Made by a program: the position numbers and the translations under genes
The notes under the pieces: generated by a model
The model's database searches: none
What the model was told of the DNA's origin: nothing
What the model saw: only the letters and a program-made list of their open reading frames with translations
Part shown: positions 25,435 to 38,179 of the stretch, one piece after another
Numbering within the stretch: the first letter of the stretch is position 1
Layout of the letters: every line of letters begins with the position of its first letter
DNA from: Pristiophorus japonicus
Taxonomy: Eukaryota
NCBI RefSeq assembly: GCF_044704955.1
Contig: NW_027254533.1
Location: 1 to 64,000 of the forward strand
Reading direction: 5' to 3'
DNA length: 64,000 nucleotides

Positions 25435-25697
25435 TGCCAGTGCGTCTGCCGTATAATACCGGAAATTGGGTTTTTGAAGTCCTTTTAATTGGACTCTGGA
25501 TTTGTGGGACATGAATACACCAGAATTGTAAATTAGGCTATATTTTACTGTCTGATACAAGCATTATTTTGCTTTCGATGATTACTAGTCGAAATCACCT
25601 AGCATTTTATATAGTGACCAAGAAACAAGTGTAGTTATCAGTTTAAATGGAGTTGGAAAGGTGAGGGAGAATTAAGATCAGAGATATGCAGAAATAA
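25435..25697. repeat. About 260-bp direct repeat (second copy 27611-27878)
   Basis: TGCCAGTGCGTC..TCCTTTTAATTGGACTCT..TGATACAAGCATTATT..TGCAGAAATAA is present in both. Confidence 0.88.
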
Positions 25698-25699
25698 TT

Positions 25700-26653
25700 C
25701 ATCAATGATATAGATACAGGAATTGAGAGTAATATCTCCAAGTTTGCAGATGACACTAAGCTGGGTGGCAGTTTGAGCTGTGAGGAGGATGCTAAGAGGC
25801 TGCAGGGTTAATTAGACAGGTTAGTTGAGTGGGCAACTGCATTAAAGATGCAGTATAATGTGGATAAATGTGCGGTTATCCAATTTGGTGGCAAAAACAT
25901 GAAGGCAGATTATTATCTGAATGTTGGCAGATTAGTTAAAGGGGATGTGCAACGAGACCTGGGTGTCATGGTACATCAGTCATTGAAGGTTGAAATGCAG
26001 GTGCAGCAAGCGGTGAAGAAGGCAAATGGCATGTTTGCCTTCCTGGCTAGGGGATTTGAGTATGGGAGCAGGGAGGTCTTGCGGCAGCTCGACAGGGCCT
26101 TGGTGAGGCCTCACCTGGAATATTGTGTTCACTTTTGGTCTCCTAATCTGAGGAAGGACGTTCTTGCTATTGAGGGAGTGCAGCGAAGGTTCACCAGACT
26201 GATGCCCGGGATGGCAGGACTGACATATGAGGAGAGACTGGATCGAATGGGCGTCTATTCGCTGGAGTCTAGAAGAATGATAGGGGATCTCATAGAAACA
26301 TATAAAATTCTGACAGAACTGGACAGGATAGATGCAAGCAGAATGTTCACGATGTTGGGGGAGTCCAGAACCAGGGGTCACAGTCTAATGATAAAGTGTA
26401 AGCCATTTAGGACCAAGATGAGGAGGAACTTCTTCACTCAGAGAGTTGTTAACCTGTGGAATTCTTTTCTGCAGAGAGTTGTTGAGGCCAGTTCGTTAGA
26501 TATATTCAAGCGGGAGTTGATTATGGACCTTACGACTAAAGGGATCAAGAGGTATGGAGAGAAGGCAGGATCTTATTGAATGGTGGTGCAGGCTCGAAGG
26601 GCCGAATGGCCTATTCCTGCACCTATTTTCTATGTTTCTATATTTCTATGTTC
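25700..26653 (+). mobile_element. CR1 3' fragment, paralogous to 17215-19166
   Basis: 243-aa ORF 25848-26579, with the same downstream flank as copy 1. Confidence 0.9.
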
Positions 26654-27605
26654 CTACTGACCTGCTCCCTCAGGTCCTCTCTAAAATGTTTTCTGTGATC
26701 ACAGTGTAGGTGAGCACCTTAATCTTGGAGCGGTTTGCAGAATTGTGCATAGAATATTAACACTGTGCCTGCCACACCCCCCGCGCCAGCCCCGCACCAG
26801 CACCAGCATGCGGCTCTCCTGCGCTTTCCTATTCTCTCTCCAACCGCACACACTTTTGTCGTTGGTTGTTTTCTAGTGACCACGTTTATTCTGGCCTCGT
26901 GTCTCGACCTCGCTGCTCGCCTCGTATCCCGGCCATGCTGCTAGCCTCCTGTGCCAAACTCCCTGATGGTCTTTTCTGTATCTTCCTTGCGTCCTGACCT
27001 CCTTGTTGGACCGTGCTGTACCTTCCTTGGATCCCGACCACCCTGTTGTTCTGTGCTGCTCTGTACTTCCTCGCGTCCTGACCTCGCTGTGGGTCTCAGC
27101 CTCCCACCTTACTGTTGGTTCGTGCTGTACCTTCCCTGGGTCCCGAGCTTACTGCCGGCCTTGGTTTACCGACCTCGCTGCTGCGCTCTGCCTCCCGGCC
27201 CTGCTGCGGGTCCATGCTGTACCTTCCCTGGGTCCCGAGCTTACTGCTGGCCTTGGCTTCCCGACCTCGCTGCAGCATTTGGACTCCGGATCCTGCTGCT
27301 GGTCTGTGTTCTACCATCCCTGGATTCTGTCCTTGCTGCTGACCCGTTCTAAACCGTTCCTGGGTCCAGACCTCACTGGTTGTCCGTGCTCACTCTTTCC
27401 TGGGTCCTCGCGACTCGCCGATTACTGCCAGTCCTCCGATCCTCGCCGGCAATCGTTTCCCACCAGTCTTCCAATTCTGTAGGCCCGCTGTCACCCGGCA
27501 ACTGGTGCCGCATTTTCTTTACCGGGATTTTACCGGTTTTCTTGCCAATCGCTGCCCGACTTGGACGGACTGGAGACGCCGGGTGTTTGCGCCACATACA
27601 TCTTC
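26654..27605. repeat. Duplicated GC-rich block (copy 2)
   Basis: Colinear with 19167-20040. Confidence 0.85.
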
Positions 27606-28222
27606 ACCGACTGCCAGTGCGTCCGCCTAAATAATGCCAGAAATGGGGTTTTTGAGGTCCTTTTAATTGGACTCTTGATCTGTGGGACATGAATGCACCA
27701 GAATTGTAAATTAGAATATATTTTACTGCCTGATACAAGCATTATTGTTGCTTTAGATGATTACAAGTGGAACTCACCTGGCATTTTATATAGGGCGCAA
27801 AAAACAAGTCTAGTGCTCAGTATAAATGGGGTTGGAAAGCTGCGGGAGAATTAGACCAGAAATAATTGCAGAAATAAGTCTTCTCCATTTTAAAGTTATA
27901 CATGCTGCATTCGTTTCATTATATTATGTTTTGGTTTCATGTTATTACCTTTAGGTAAATAACAAGAGTTAGTGTATTTTGGGAAGGAGAGAAGTAGATT
28001 TGTATCGAAAATCGGGCATTGCTTGCTGTCGAGGCGGGGAAGGCTGGGGATGCAAAACTGAGGCACTACAGCGCCACCGCTATCGGGAGAGTGTAATCAA
28101 AGCGTGGCACGTTTGCATAAGTAGTTTCCATTATAAATGTAGAGATAGGAACATAAAATGCGAGAAGTTCGCACAAAGATCGCAAAGATATAAGATTTCT
28201 ATGATATTATAGATAGATATAT

Positions 28223-28800
28223 GGGTCCTGAATTTGAGGTCTGAGGCATACACCCGGAGTACGCCACCGACACGAAAATAAATTGGTATCTCTGGAGCTT
28301 TGGAGTCTTCAGGTCTTGGGAGTCAATGCATATATCTGCATAAAGGCCAATGGATCCCAGGGAAGCAGGCGGTTCGGAAGCATTCCTGGGATCACCTGGC
28401 TGGGCCAGCCCAACCAATTAAATAGAGGGATTCACCATTACCTTATGGGGCTTCCAATTACAAAATAAATTCCCATAAGCTTGTGAGAAATCTCTCAATA
28501 AAACACAATTCTAATAAAAATAACGAATCCCCTGTTCCAAATGAATGAAAAGTCCCTTTTATTAAGCATTTAAAATGTTTCAGGGGCATTCGGTGGGGCG
28601 CAGTTGGGCCCTGCACAAGGAAGAGTGTTTTCGGGGTGATCGCAGATGATCAATCAAGATGAATCTTGACAGATCGGAACTTCCGGGTTTTACGTGCATG
28701 CGCAGCGCATATGGAAAGTCAGAAGTTGCGGACCCATTCTGAGGACTTACGACGGCGCACGCTGTGCAGACACCATCATCAGCCCGGCTAAATCGGGGCA
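28223..28800. mobile_element. Putative intact MITE-like element (about 580 bp)
   Basis: Imperfect terminal inverted repeats GGGTCCTGAATTT / AAATCGGGGC, no coding capacity, and homology to both halves of the split copy. Confidence 0.55.
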
Positions 28801-29689
28801 ATTATGAATATTCATCATTTTATTCCAATCGTAAATGGACAGACAGACATATCGATAGATAGACAGTNNNNNNNNNNNNNNNNNNNNNNNNNNNNNNNNN
28901 NNNNNNNNNNNNNNNNNNNNNNNNNNNNNNNNNNNNNNNNNNNNNNNNNNNNNNNNNNNNNNNNNNNNNNNNNNNNNNNNNNNNNNNNNNNNNNNNNNNN
29001 NNNNNNNNNNNNNNNNNNACATATATACAAACATATAGTGAATGTTGTTGATATAAATTATGACATATAGAGCAATATATAAGTAGACATGCAGACAGAC
29101 AGACAGTCAGATACAGAGAACGGTACAGTGATGCAGAGAGATCGATAATACTTTGCACAAATCATTTTAATATTTTAAGAGACTAATGAGTAACCTTGAG
29201 TACAGATGGATAGATTGCCATGGTGAATGAGTGTTTGTTTGCTGTTCGTGTTAAGAAAATGGAAAAGGCTCTTTGTAAACATGAGGGTATGGAAATCTCA
29301 ACGTGCAGTGGCATCTGATCTATAGCAATGTGGCATTGGGTACCAGAGTCTGTAATAATATAATTGAGAAAGGGGGACAGGAGCTGGAGATCTCCCTCTG
29401 TACTGACTTCTGATCTACAGCAGTTTAGGACTGGTCCCGGGACTGTTATAATATAATGGGGAAGGGGTGGAGAGGTGGGGGGGGGGGGCGGTTGCCTTGT
29501 GTAGTGAAACCTGATAAAAAGTAGTGTGCGATTTGACTAAAATATGTAGACAAATCATGGTGGTGGGAGGGGGTGGGGCAGAGAATTGAATATCAGTGAG
29601 TACAGACACTTGAACTACTGAAGGTTGGGACGGGGTGCCAGAGTCTGTAATAATATAATGTCAGAAGATGGAAATCTTAATGAATACTG

Positions 29690-30018
29690 AACTACTACGG
29701 GGCAGTTCAATTAGTACTAATCTTGCCCCATAGCCATTTACATCTTTATTTTTGAAGAATATATCAAGGTAATTATGAAGGTTACTAATAAAATTTGCTT
29801 CCACCTCCCTCTCAGACAGTGCATACCCTGTCACAATATCGCGCTGCACAAAAATGCCTCCTAATTTGCCATCTCTTTTAATACCGATTAACTTAAATCG
29901 ATATTGCCTGGTTACGATCCTTCCTCCAGTGGAAACAGTTCAGTTTTATTTATTCTATCGATATCTTGTCTAATATTGAAGACCACTATCAAATCTCCAC
30001 GTAATCTTCTCTGCTCAA
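29690..30018 (-). mobile_element. Old CR1 3' fragment
   Basis: ALSEREVEANFISNLHNYLDIF..GYG on the minus strand. Confidence 0.65.
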
Positions 30019-30470
30019 GGCGTCAGCGTTTGCTCAGCAGTCGCACCCGCACCTCTGACATCAGAAGGTTGTGGATTGAAGTACCGCTACAACGATTTAA
30101 GCACATAATGTAGTCTGGCACCCAAGTACATTGTTGAGGGAGTGCTGCACTGTCGAACGTGCCGTCTTTCTAATGAGATGTTGGTCTGAGGTTTTCCCTG
30201 CTCTCTGATGTGAATACAAAAGAACCCATGGCAGGGGAATTTTCCTGGTGCTCCGGCTAATATTTATCCCTCACCCACCATCATTAAAGTACATTATATG
30301 CTCATTAATCTCATTGCTGTTTGTCGGGTCTTGCACTGCATCGATTGGCTGCTGCGTGCCCTACAATGAACAGTGGCTTCACTTCAAAAGTACTTCATTG
30401 ATTCTAAAGCGTTTTGAGACGTCCTGAGCTCATCAAGCGCGCTAAATTAATTCGTTATTTATTTCCTTTC
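30019..30470 (+). mobile_element. DeuSINE (SacSINE1-like): tRNA-like head, Deu domain, L2-like tail
   Basis: Head with degenerate Pol III boxes; central GAGGGAGTGCTGCACTGTCGAACGTGCCGTCTTTC..GAG..AAAAGAACCCATGGCA Deu-like core; tail AAAGCGTTTTGAGACGTCCTGAG. Confidence 0.75.
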
Positions 30471-30559
30471 CACACGCAAACAAGAAAAAATCTCCTTCCC
30501 TTCACCCTTCCCCCACTCCATCAGGGCCTACCCATTGGTTTGAGTAGAAACCTCTTTCC

Positions 30560-31650
30560 ACACACTGCCAAAAGCCAGGGCTACTCTTCGCGGTCTCACG
30601 CTGTTAACTGGTGTCCCATAAGTATCTATCCCTGGCCCCCAGATATTTCTCATCTAAACGGCGCCCGTCGGGGCCGTCATCCAAAAACACAATATCACGT
30701 TCCACATATATGCTAACGACACCCAGCTCGACCTCACCACTACCTCTCTCCACCCCACCAGTTTCTCTAATTTTTCAGGCTGCTTTTGTGACATACGGTA
30801 TTGGATGAGCAGAAATGTTCTCCAACAAAATATTGGGAGTACTGATGCCATCGTCTTTGCTCTCGCCACAAACTCTGTTCCATAGCCACCGACTCCATTC
30901 CTTTCGCTAGCGTCTGACTGAAGCTGAACCAGTCTATCTGCAATCTTGGTATCGTATTTGACTCCGAGATGAGCTTCCAACCACCTTTGCGCGCCATCAC
31001 CAAGATTGCCTATTTTAACCTCAGTAACCTCGCTATACACCACTCCTACCTCAGCTCATCTGCTGCGGAAACCCTCATCCATGCCTTTGTTACCTCTAGA
31101 CTTCACTATTTCAACGCTCAGATGGATGGGCTCCCATCTTACACCCTCTATAAACTTTACCATATCAAAAGCTCGGCTGCCCGTGCCCTAACTCACACCG
31201 ACCCGTTCCTCCATCACTGACCTTCATTGGCTCTCGTTCCAGAAAAATCTCCATTTAAAACTCTCATTGTTTTTTTAATTCATCCCTTTCTCGCTAAGCT
31301 CTGTAACATTCTCCAATACAACAACCCACCGACATCTGTGCACATCTCTAAATCCCGCCCTTTTGCGCATTCTCTTTGTTAATCACTCAACATTGGTGGC
31401 CGCACATATAGCTGCGTAGTTCCTCAGCAAAATAATTCCTCCTTAAACTTCTCCACCTCTCGACCTCGCTCTCAGTCTTTAAGACGCTGCTTAAGACCTA
31501 CATCTTTGACCAAGCTTTTTCTCATCCATCCTAATTTCTTCTTATGAGGCTCGGTGTCAGATTCTGTTTAATAACTCTCCTGTGTAGCACTTTGGGACGT
31601 TTTTCTTGGTTAATGGCGCTACATTGACATAAGTTCTTGTTGGTGTTGAC
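30560..31650 (+). mobile_element. L2-clade LINE 3' fragment
   Basis: FHIYANDTQL (YADD motif), SAAETLIHAFVTSRLHY, FKTLLKTYIFDQAF, and an L2-type tail (GCACTTTGGGACGTTTT..GGCGCTA..TTGTTG). Confidence 0.88.
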
Positions 31651-32019
31651 AGACGAGGAACGCATTGCTATAACCTTGAATTAGTAGATTGTGGTGTTTT
31701 TAAAAAATTAAATGGTTCGGCTCTTTAACATATACATTCAGAGTTTATTGACTGCCAATTTTAGAATTACAACATTCACAGATTCAAACAACATTTCGCA
31801 GCAAACAGCAGGTAAAGAAACAGACAATGAGAATTAGTATCTATGTTGAGAACCTGATCGCATTTCTCCTTGATGAAGCAACTAATTAATAAATTGTTTA
31901 CTTTGACCAAATGCAAGTGTCCACATATAGAATCTGGGATATGAACCAAAATTTTATAGCGGCACAAACTGAAGCCATTCATTCAGATCGGAATTACTGA
32001 TTGCAATTTTGCCCCTTGT

Positions 32020-32800
32020 GTGATCCTGTCCCCTCTCTCTCCAGAGCCGTATATAAATATCAATCTAATCCCACAGCCGCGCTCATTCCTCATAGTGCTG
32101 TATAAACCGAAACTAATCATACAGCCACTCTCTCTCGGAAGCCCGATACCAATTGCAAACTAACACCAATGCGCCTCTTTCCCCAGATTCATGTAGGAAT
32201 TCTAATCTAATCCCACAGCCTCGCTCATTGCCTATACCCCAGTTACAATCCCAAACTAAGTATGCTTTCTTCTATTTCCCTATATTCGTCGAACTATTCC
32301 ACTGCATACTCTCCACAAAGCTCTGTATTACTGAAAAACAAATTGCTCTTTCCCCTCTTTCCCCATATTTCTGCATCAAATCAAAACGAATCCCACTGTC
32401 CAGCTCACTCCTCATTGCCCTGTACAAATCCCATACTAATCCGACAGCCCTCTCTCTCCCCACAGCCCTCAATCTCACCCAAACTGCTCCTGCTGCCCCA
32501 CTGTCTCCCCATAACCCTGTATCAATCCCAAACTAATCGCATGGCCCCGCTCTCTCCCCACAGCCCTGTATCAATCCCACACTAATCACACTGCCACACC
32601 CACGCAACATAGCCCTTTATCAATGCCACAAAAATCATACTGCCCACCCAAGCACCATAGCCTTTATCCATCCGAAACTAACCTCAGTGTGCCACTCTCT
32701 CCCTATAGTCGTATATGAATCCCAAACTAATGCCACTGCCATGCTCTCTCCTGGCTCTCTTCACGTAGCCTTCTATCAACGCCAAACAATTCCCACTGAT
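32020..32800. repeat. About 48-bp minisatellite
   Basis: Recurring CTCTCTCCCCATAGCCCTGTATCAATCCCAAACTAATCCCACAG-like units. Confidence 0.8.
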
Positions 32801-33544
32801 CCATCATGAAGGAAGGGAAAAAGCACATGGACCTGCTTCATGCAGTCGCTATTTTCCAATTGAGGAACATGGGTGGAGACTCGGTAAAATCAAGTCCCCA
32901 CATCAATTCTAACCATATACCATCCCGAAAGACTTATGCCTTCCTATTGCCTCCCCGCCCTGTCTACACACAGCATGTCTTAAATTTTATCGTCTTCCAT
33001 CAGTGAATTATTTGGTCCCATAACTAGATCTACCGTATGCAAACTGCATGTGAAGCACCACTGCTGGCTTGGAGTCGCCGGAAACGTGACAGTACGTCAC
33101 CAGCAATGAGGTCTAGTAGTCCGAGGTTCGCTCGTGACTTCCGATATTCAGCAGCAGATTGCTCGTGGCGTTGCCCAGGTCAAATTGATGCATGCAATTT
33201 GTTTTCATATACTCAAAATGGCAACACATTTGGGATAGAGACAGTAGAAACGAAGTGGCCTCGTAGTGAGTCTCAGCAACTACAACTACATTTAATAATG
33301 CACAATTGAATGAAAAATGTTGATGTAGCAATTTGCAATGGGAGATGGTGAGAGAAAAGCATGATCGAGAGATAGANNNNNNNNNNNNNNNNNNNNNNNN
33401 NNNNNNNNNNNNNNNNNNNNNNNNNNNNNNNNNNNNNNNNNNNNNNNNNNNNNNNNNNNNNNNNNNNNNNNNNNNNNNNNNNNNNNNNNNNNNNNNNNNN
33501 NNNNNNNNNNNNNNNNNAGATTGAGAGATAGATCGATAGATAGA

Positions 33545-33760
33545 TCCCTACCGCAGAGAGTTCTTAATGCCAGTTCATTGGATATATTCAAGAGAGAGTT
33601 AGATATAGCCCTTGTGGCTAAAGGGATCAAGGGGTATGGAGAGAAAGCAGGAAACGGGTTCTGATGTGAATGATTATCCATGATTTTATTGAATTGTGGT
33701 GCAGGATGTAAGGGCCGAATGGCCTACTTCTGCACCTATTTTCTGTGTTTCAATGTTTCT
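33545..33760 (+). mobile_element. CR1 3' end
   Basis: LPQRVLNASSLDIFKRELDIALVAKGIKGYGEKAG followed by the 3' UTR. Confidence 0.85.
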
Positions 33761-34582
33761 ATCTCCCATTTCCTCCCGCCACCCCAATTGGATGTGATTT
33801 CTGGGGTAAAATCCGATAGAGATAGACGGGGTACAGTTGACCTCCACCTATTGGGGAACTGGGTAGGCCAATGGTCCTGAGCTATGTTATTACAGTGCGA
33901 CAAATATTCATATTAGATCCGGTGTCAGTCAACACAGAGATTTTCAGCAGTGACTTCCTCTCACTACATTTGTATATGACTGGTCCCCACTGCCACGGTG
34001 CAGTAGATCAGCTGTCAGTACACAATAAGATTTCCATACCCTGATGATAAAGCTCAGCATTTTCTACATTCTTAATCCGAACTACAAAAAGAGATAGGGT
34101 TTTATTCAAAATAATTCAGATATCCGTCCATTCACATTCTTGTTCTAATCTTTCAGATTGAACTTTTATCAATCAACCAAATTGTTCAATGCATCAATAT
34201 CTTTCTATCTATCAGTCTGCCCTATAATCTACATAGAGCTCTATTTGTCTTAATTTCTTAACTAATATCAACAACTCTCTTTATATGTTNNNNNNNNNNN
34301 NNNNNNNNNNNNNNNNNNNNNNNNNNNNNNNNNNNNNNNNNNNNNNNNNNNNNNNNNNNNNNNNNNNNNNNNNNNNNNNNNNNNNNNNNNNNNNNNNNNN
34401 NNNNNNNNNNNNNNNNNNNNNNNNNNNNNNNNNNNNNNNNNNNNNNNNNNNNNNNNNNNNNNNNNNNNNNNNNNNNNNNNNNNNNNNNNNNNNNNNNNNN
34501 NNNNNNNNNNNNNNNNNNNNNNNNNNNNNNNNNNNNNNNNNNNNNNNNNNNNNNNNNNNTTTATCTATCTATCTATCGATAT

Positions 34583-36992
34583 ATGAACAAATATTTTGTC
34601 TCGGCCTTCATGGTACACGACACTAAAAACATCCCAATAATAGACAACAAAGTGGAAATGGGGAGGAGGAAACTTAAAACATTTCACTTAAGAAAAAGTA
34701 TTGGTTAGCATAATGGGACTAAATTTTCACAAGTCGCCTGGAACGGATGGTCCGCATCCTCGGGTCTTAAAAGAAGTGGCTGCAGAGATATTGGATGCAT
34801 TGTTTGCATTCTACCAAAATTCCCTGGATTCTGGAGATATCGCAATGGATTGGAAAATCGCAAATATAATGGTGCTATTTAAAAAATGAAGACGACAGAA
34901 AAAAGGACATTATACACTGGTTAGCCTAGCATTTGTCGTGGGGAAAATGCTCGAATCCTTTCGTAAGGAAGTAGTAGCATTGCATTTGCAAAAGCATAAT
35001 ACATTCAAGCAGAGTCAGCATGATTTTTTTTAAAGTAAATCATGTTTGACAAATATTGTGGAATTATTTTAGAATGTAACTATCACGGTGGATAAGAGGG
35101 AATGAGTGGATGTTGTGTATTTTGATCTCCAGAAGGCATTCGATCAGGTGCCACATAAAGGTTACTGCACACGATACAAGCTCAGGGGGTCGGTGATAAT
35201 ATATTGGCATGGACAGAGGATTGGCTAACTAACAGAAAATAGAGAGTCGGGATAAACGGGTCATTTTACTTTGGGACAACCGTAATTCATGGGATGCTAC
35301 AGTGATCAGTGCTATGGCCTCAACTATTTACAATGAAGATTAACGATTTGGATGAAGGAACCATGTGTAATGTCGCCACGTTTGCTGTTTATACAAACAT
35401 GGGCGGGAAAGCATGTTGTGAGGAGGACACAACGAATATAAAACGGGATATAGACAGGCTAAGTGAGTGGGAAAAGATTTTGCAGATGGTGCATAATGTG
35501 GGAAAAAGTGAAGTTGTCCACTTTGGCATGAACCATAAAAAAGCAATTTAATATTTTAATAGAGAAGGACTACAAAATTCAGCAGTACAGAGGGACCTAT
35601 TTCTCTATCCCTCTGTGAACAAACATTTGGTTTCGATCTTCACGGTACAAGACACTAAACACATCCCAATAATAGACAATAAAGTGACTATAGGGAGGAG
35701 GAAACGTAAAACAATCACTTTCACGAAAGAAAAAGTATTGGGTAAAATAATGGAACTAAAGTTGGACAAGTCGCCTGGAACTCATGATCCGCATCCGCAG
35801 GTCTTAAAAGAAGTGGCTGCAGAGATATTGGATGCATTGTTTGCAATTTACCAAAATTCCCTGGATTCTGGAGAGATCCCAACGGATAGAAAAATCGCAA
35901 ATATAACGGTCCTATTTTCAAAAAGTAAGATGACAGAAAGCAGGAAATTAGACAATAGTTAGCCTAACATCTATCGTTGGGAAAATGCCACAGTCCTTTA
36001 GTAAGGAAGTAGGAGCATTGCATTTGGAAAAGCGTAATTCATTCAAGCAGAGTCAGCATGATTTTTTTGAGAAGTAAATCATGTTTGGCAAATATACTTG
36101 AGTTCTTTGAGGATGTAACTATCAGGGGAGACGAGTGGCAGTGCTGTATTTGGATTTCCAGAAGGCATTCGATCAGTTGCCACATAAAAGGTTACTGCAC
36201 AGGAGACAAGCTCAGGGGGTCGGTGGTACTATATTTGCATGGATAGAGGATTGGCTAACTAACAGAAAACAGAGAGTCGGGATAAACAGTTCATTTTACG
36301 GTGGGCAACGGTAACTAATGGGGTGCCACAGTGATTGGTGCTATGGCCTCAACTATTTGCAATCTATATTAATGACATGGATGAATGAATGGAGTGTAAT
36401 GTGGCCAAGTTTGTTGATTATGCAAAGGTGGGTGGGAAAGCATGTGGTGAGGAGGACACAGAGAATCTGCAAAGGGATATAGACAGGCTAAGTGAGTGGG
36501 AAAATATTGGGCAGATGGGGCATTATATGGGAAAGTGTGGCAGGAACAACAACAAAAAAATTAATATTTTAATAGAGATGGATTACAAAATGCCGCTGTA
36601 CAGCGGGACCTGAAGTCTTGAGCATGAAAGACAAACGTTATTATGAATGTAAGGCAAGTAATCAGGATGGCAAATTGAATGTTGGCCTTTATTGCAATGG
36701 GGATGGAATATAAACGTAGGAAAGTCCTGCTACAACTGTACAGGATATTGGTGTGACCACACCAACAACACTTCGTACAGTTTTGGTCTCCTTATTTAAC
36801 GAGGGATATACTGGCATTGGATGGAGTTCAGAAAAGATTCACTAGTTTGAATCCTGAGATAAATGTGGTGACTTATGAAAAAAGGTGGAGCAGGTTGGAT
36901 CTATACACATTGAGGATTAGAAGAATGAGATGTGAACACGTTGAAACATATAAGTTATTGAGGGTGTTCGACAAGTTAGATGCAGAGAGCAT
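34583..36992 (+). mobile_element. Two tandem degenerate CR1 ORF2 fragments (34583-35598 and 35615-36992) with the same 5' junction
   Basis: Both start ..GAACAAA.ATTT.GT.TCG..CTTCA.GGTACA.GACACTAAA and encode KSPGT..HP.VLKEVAAEILDAL. Confidence 0.88.
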
Positions 36993-38179
36993 GCTTAACT
37001 ATCTATCTACCTCTCCGTTTTCCTCTGCCACCCCAATTGGATGCGAATTCTGATGTGAACCTCAATAGTATACAAGCATTGGTAGGATGAGTGTTTGATT
37101 CACCCCTGGAACTTGAGGTGAAATGCAAACGCGGACAAGGGGATGAAGGTCTGTTCTATCTAATGGTGGATAGGATGTGTCAGTAGCTCAGTGACTTTCG
37201 TTTGGAGACGGGATCAAATTCATACACAGATAGACGGGATATAGTTGTCCTCCCTCTATTGGGGGACTGGTTAGGGCAATGTTCCTGGACTTTGTTATTA
37301 CAGATAAACACGTGTTCATATTAGATCCAGTGTCAGTTGACACATATATTTTCATCTGTGACTTCCTCACACTACATTTGTACATGACGAATCCCCATAA
37401 CCACAGTGCAGTAAATCATGTGTCAGTACATACTGAGATTTATATCTCCTGACTTCCTCCCACAGTATTAGTGTATGATTAGATCTCATTGACATTGTGC
37501 AGTAGATCAGGTGTCAGCACACAATAAGATTTCCATACCCTGATGATGACACTAAGCATTTTACACATTCTTAATCAGAACTTCAAACAGAGATAGGGTT
37601 TTATTCAAAATAATTCACAATTCATCTGTTCACATTCTTATTCTACTCCTTGGGATTCAACATGACATTTGTCAATCTACCAAATTATTTATTGCATCAA
37701 TACCTTTCGATCTATCAGTCTGTCCAATAATCTACATATTGCACTCTCTGTCCTAATTTATATCAACAACCCTCTCTATAATGTTGTACATATATNNNNN
37801 NNNNNNNNNNNNNNNNNNNNNNNNNNNNNNNNNNNNNNNNNNNNNNNNNNNNNNNNNNNNNNNNNNNNNNNNNNNNNNNNNNNNNNNNNNNNNNNNNNNN
37901 NNNNNNNNNNNNNNNNNNNNNNNNNNNNNNNNNNNNNNNNNNNNNNNNNNNNNNNNNNNNNNNNNNNNNNNNNNNNNNNNNNNNNNNNNNNNNNNNNNNN
38001 NNNNNNNNNNNNNNNNNNNNNNNNNNTCACACACAATCTCTCGCTCTTTTTCTCCATCTATCCATCTATCTACCTTTATATGTACATATCTACCTATCCA
38101 TCTATCTATCTCTCTATCTATATATGAACGAATATTTGTTATCGGTCTTTACGGTACACGATACTAAAAACATCCCAAT

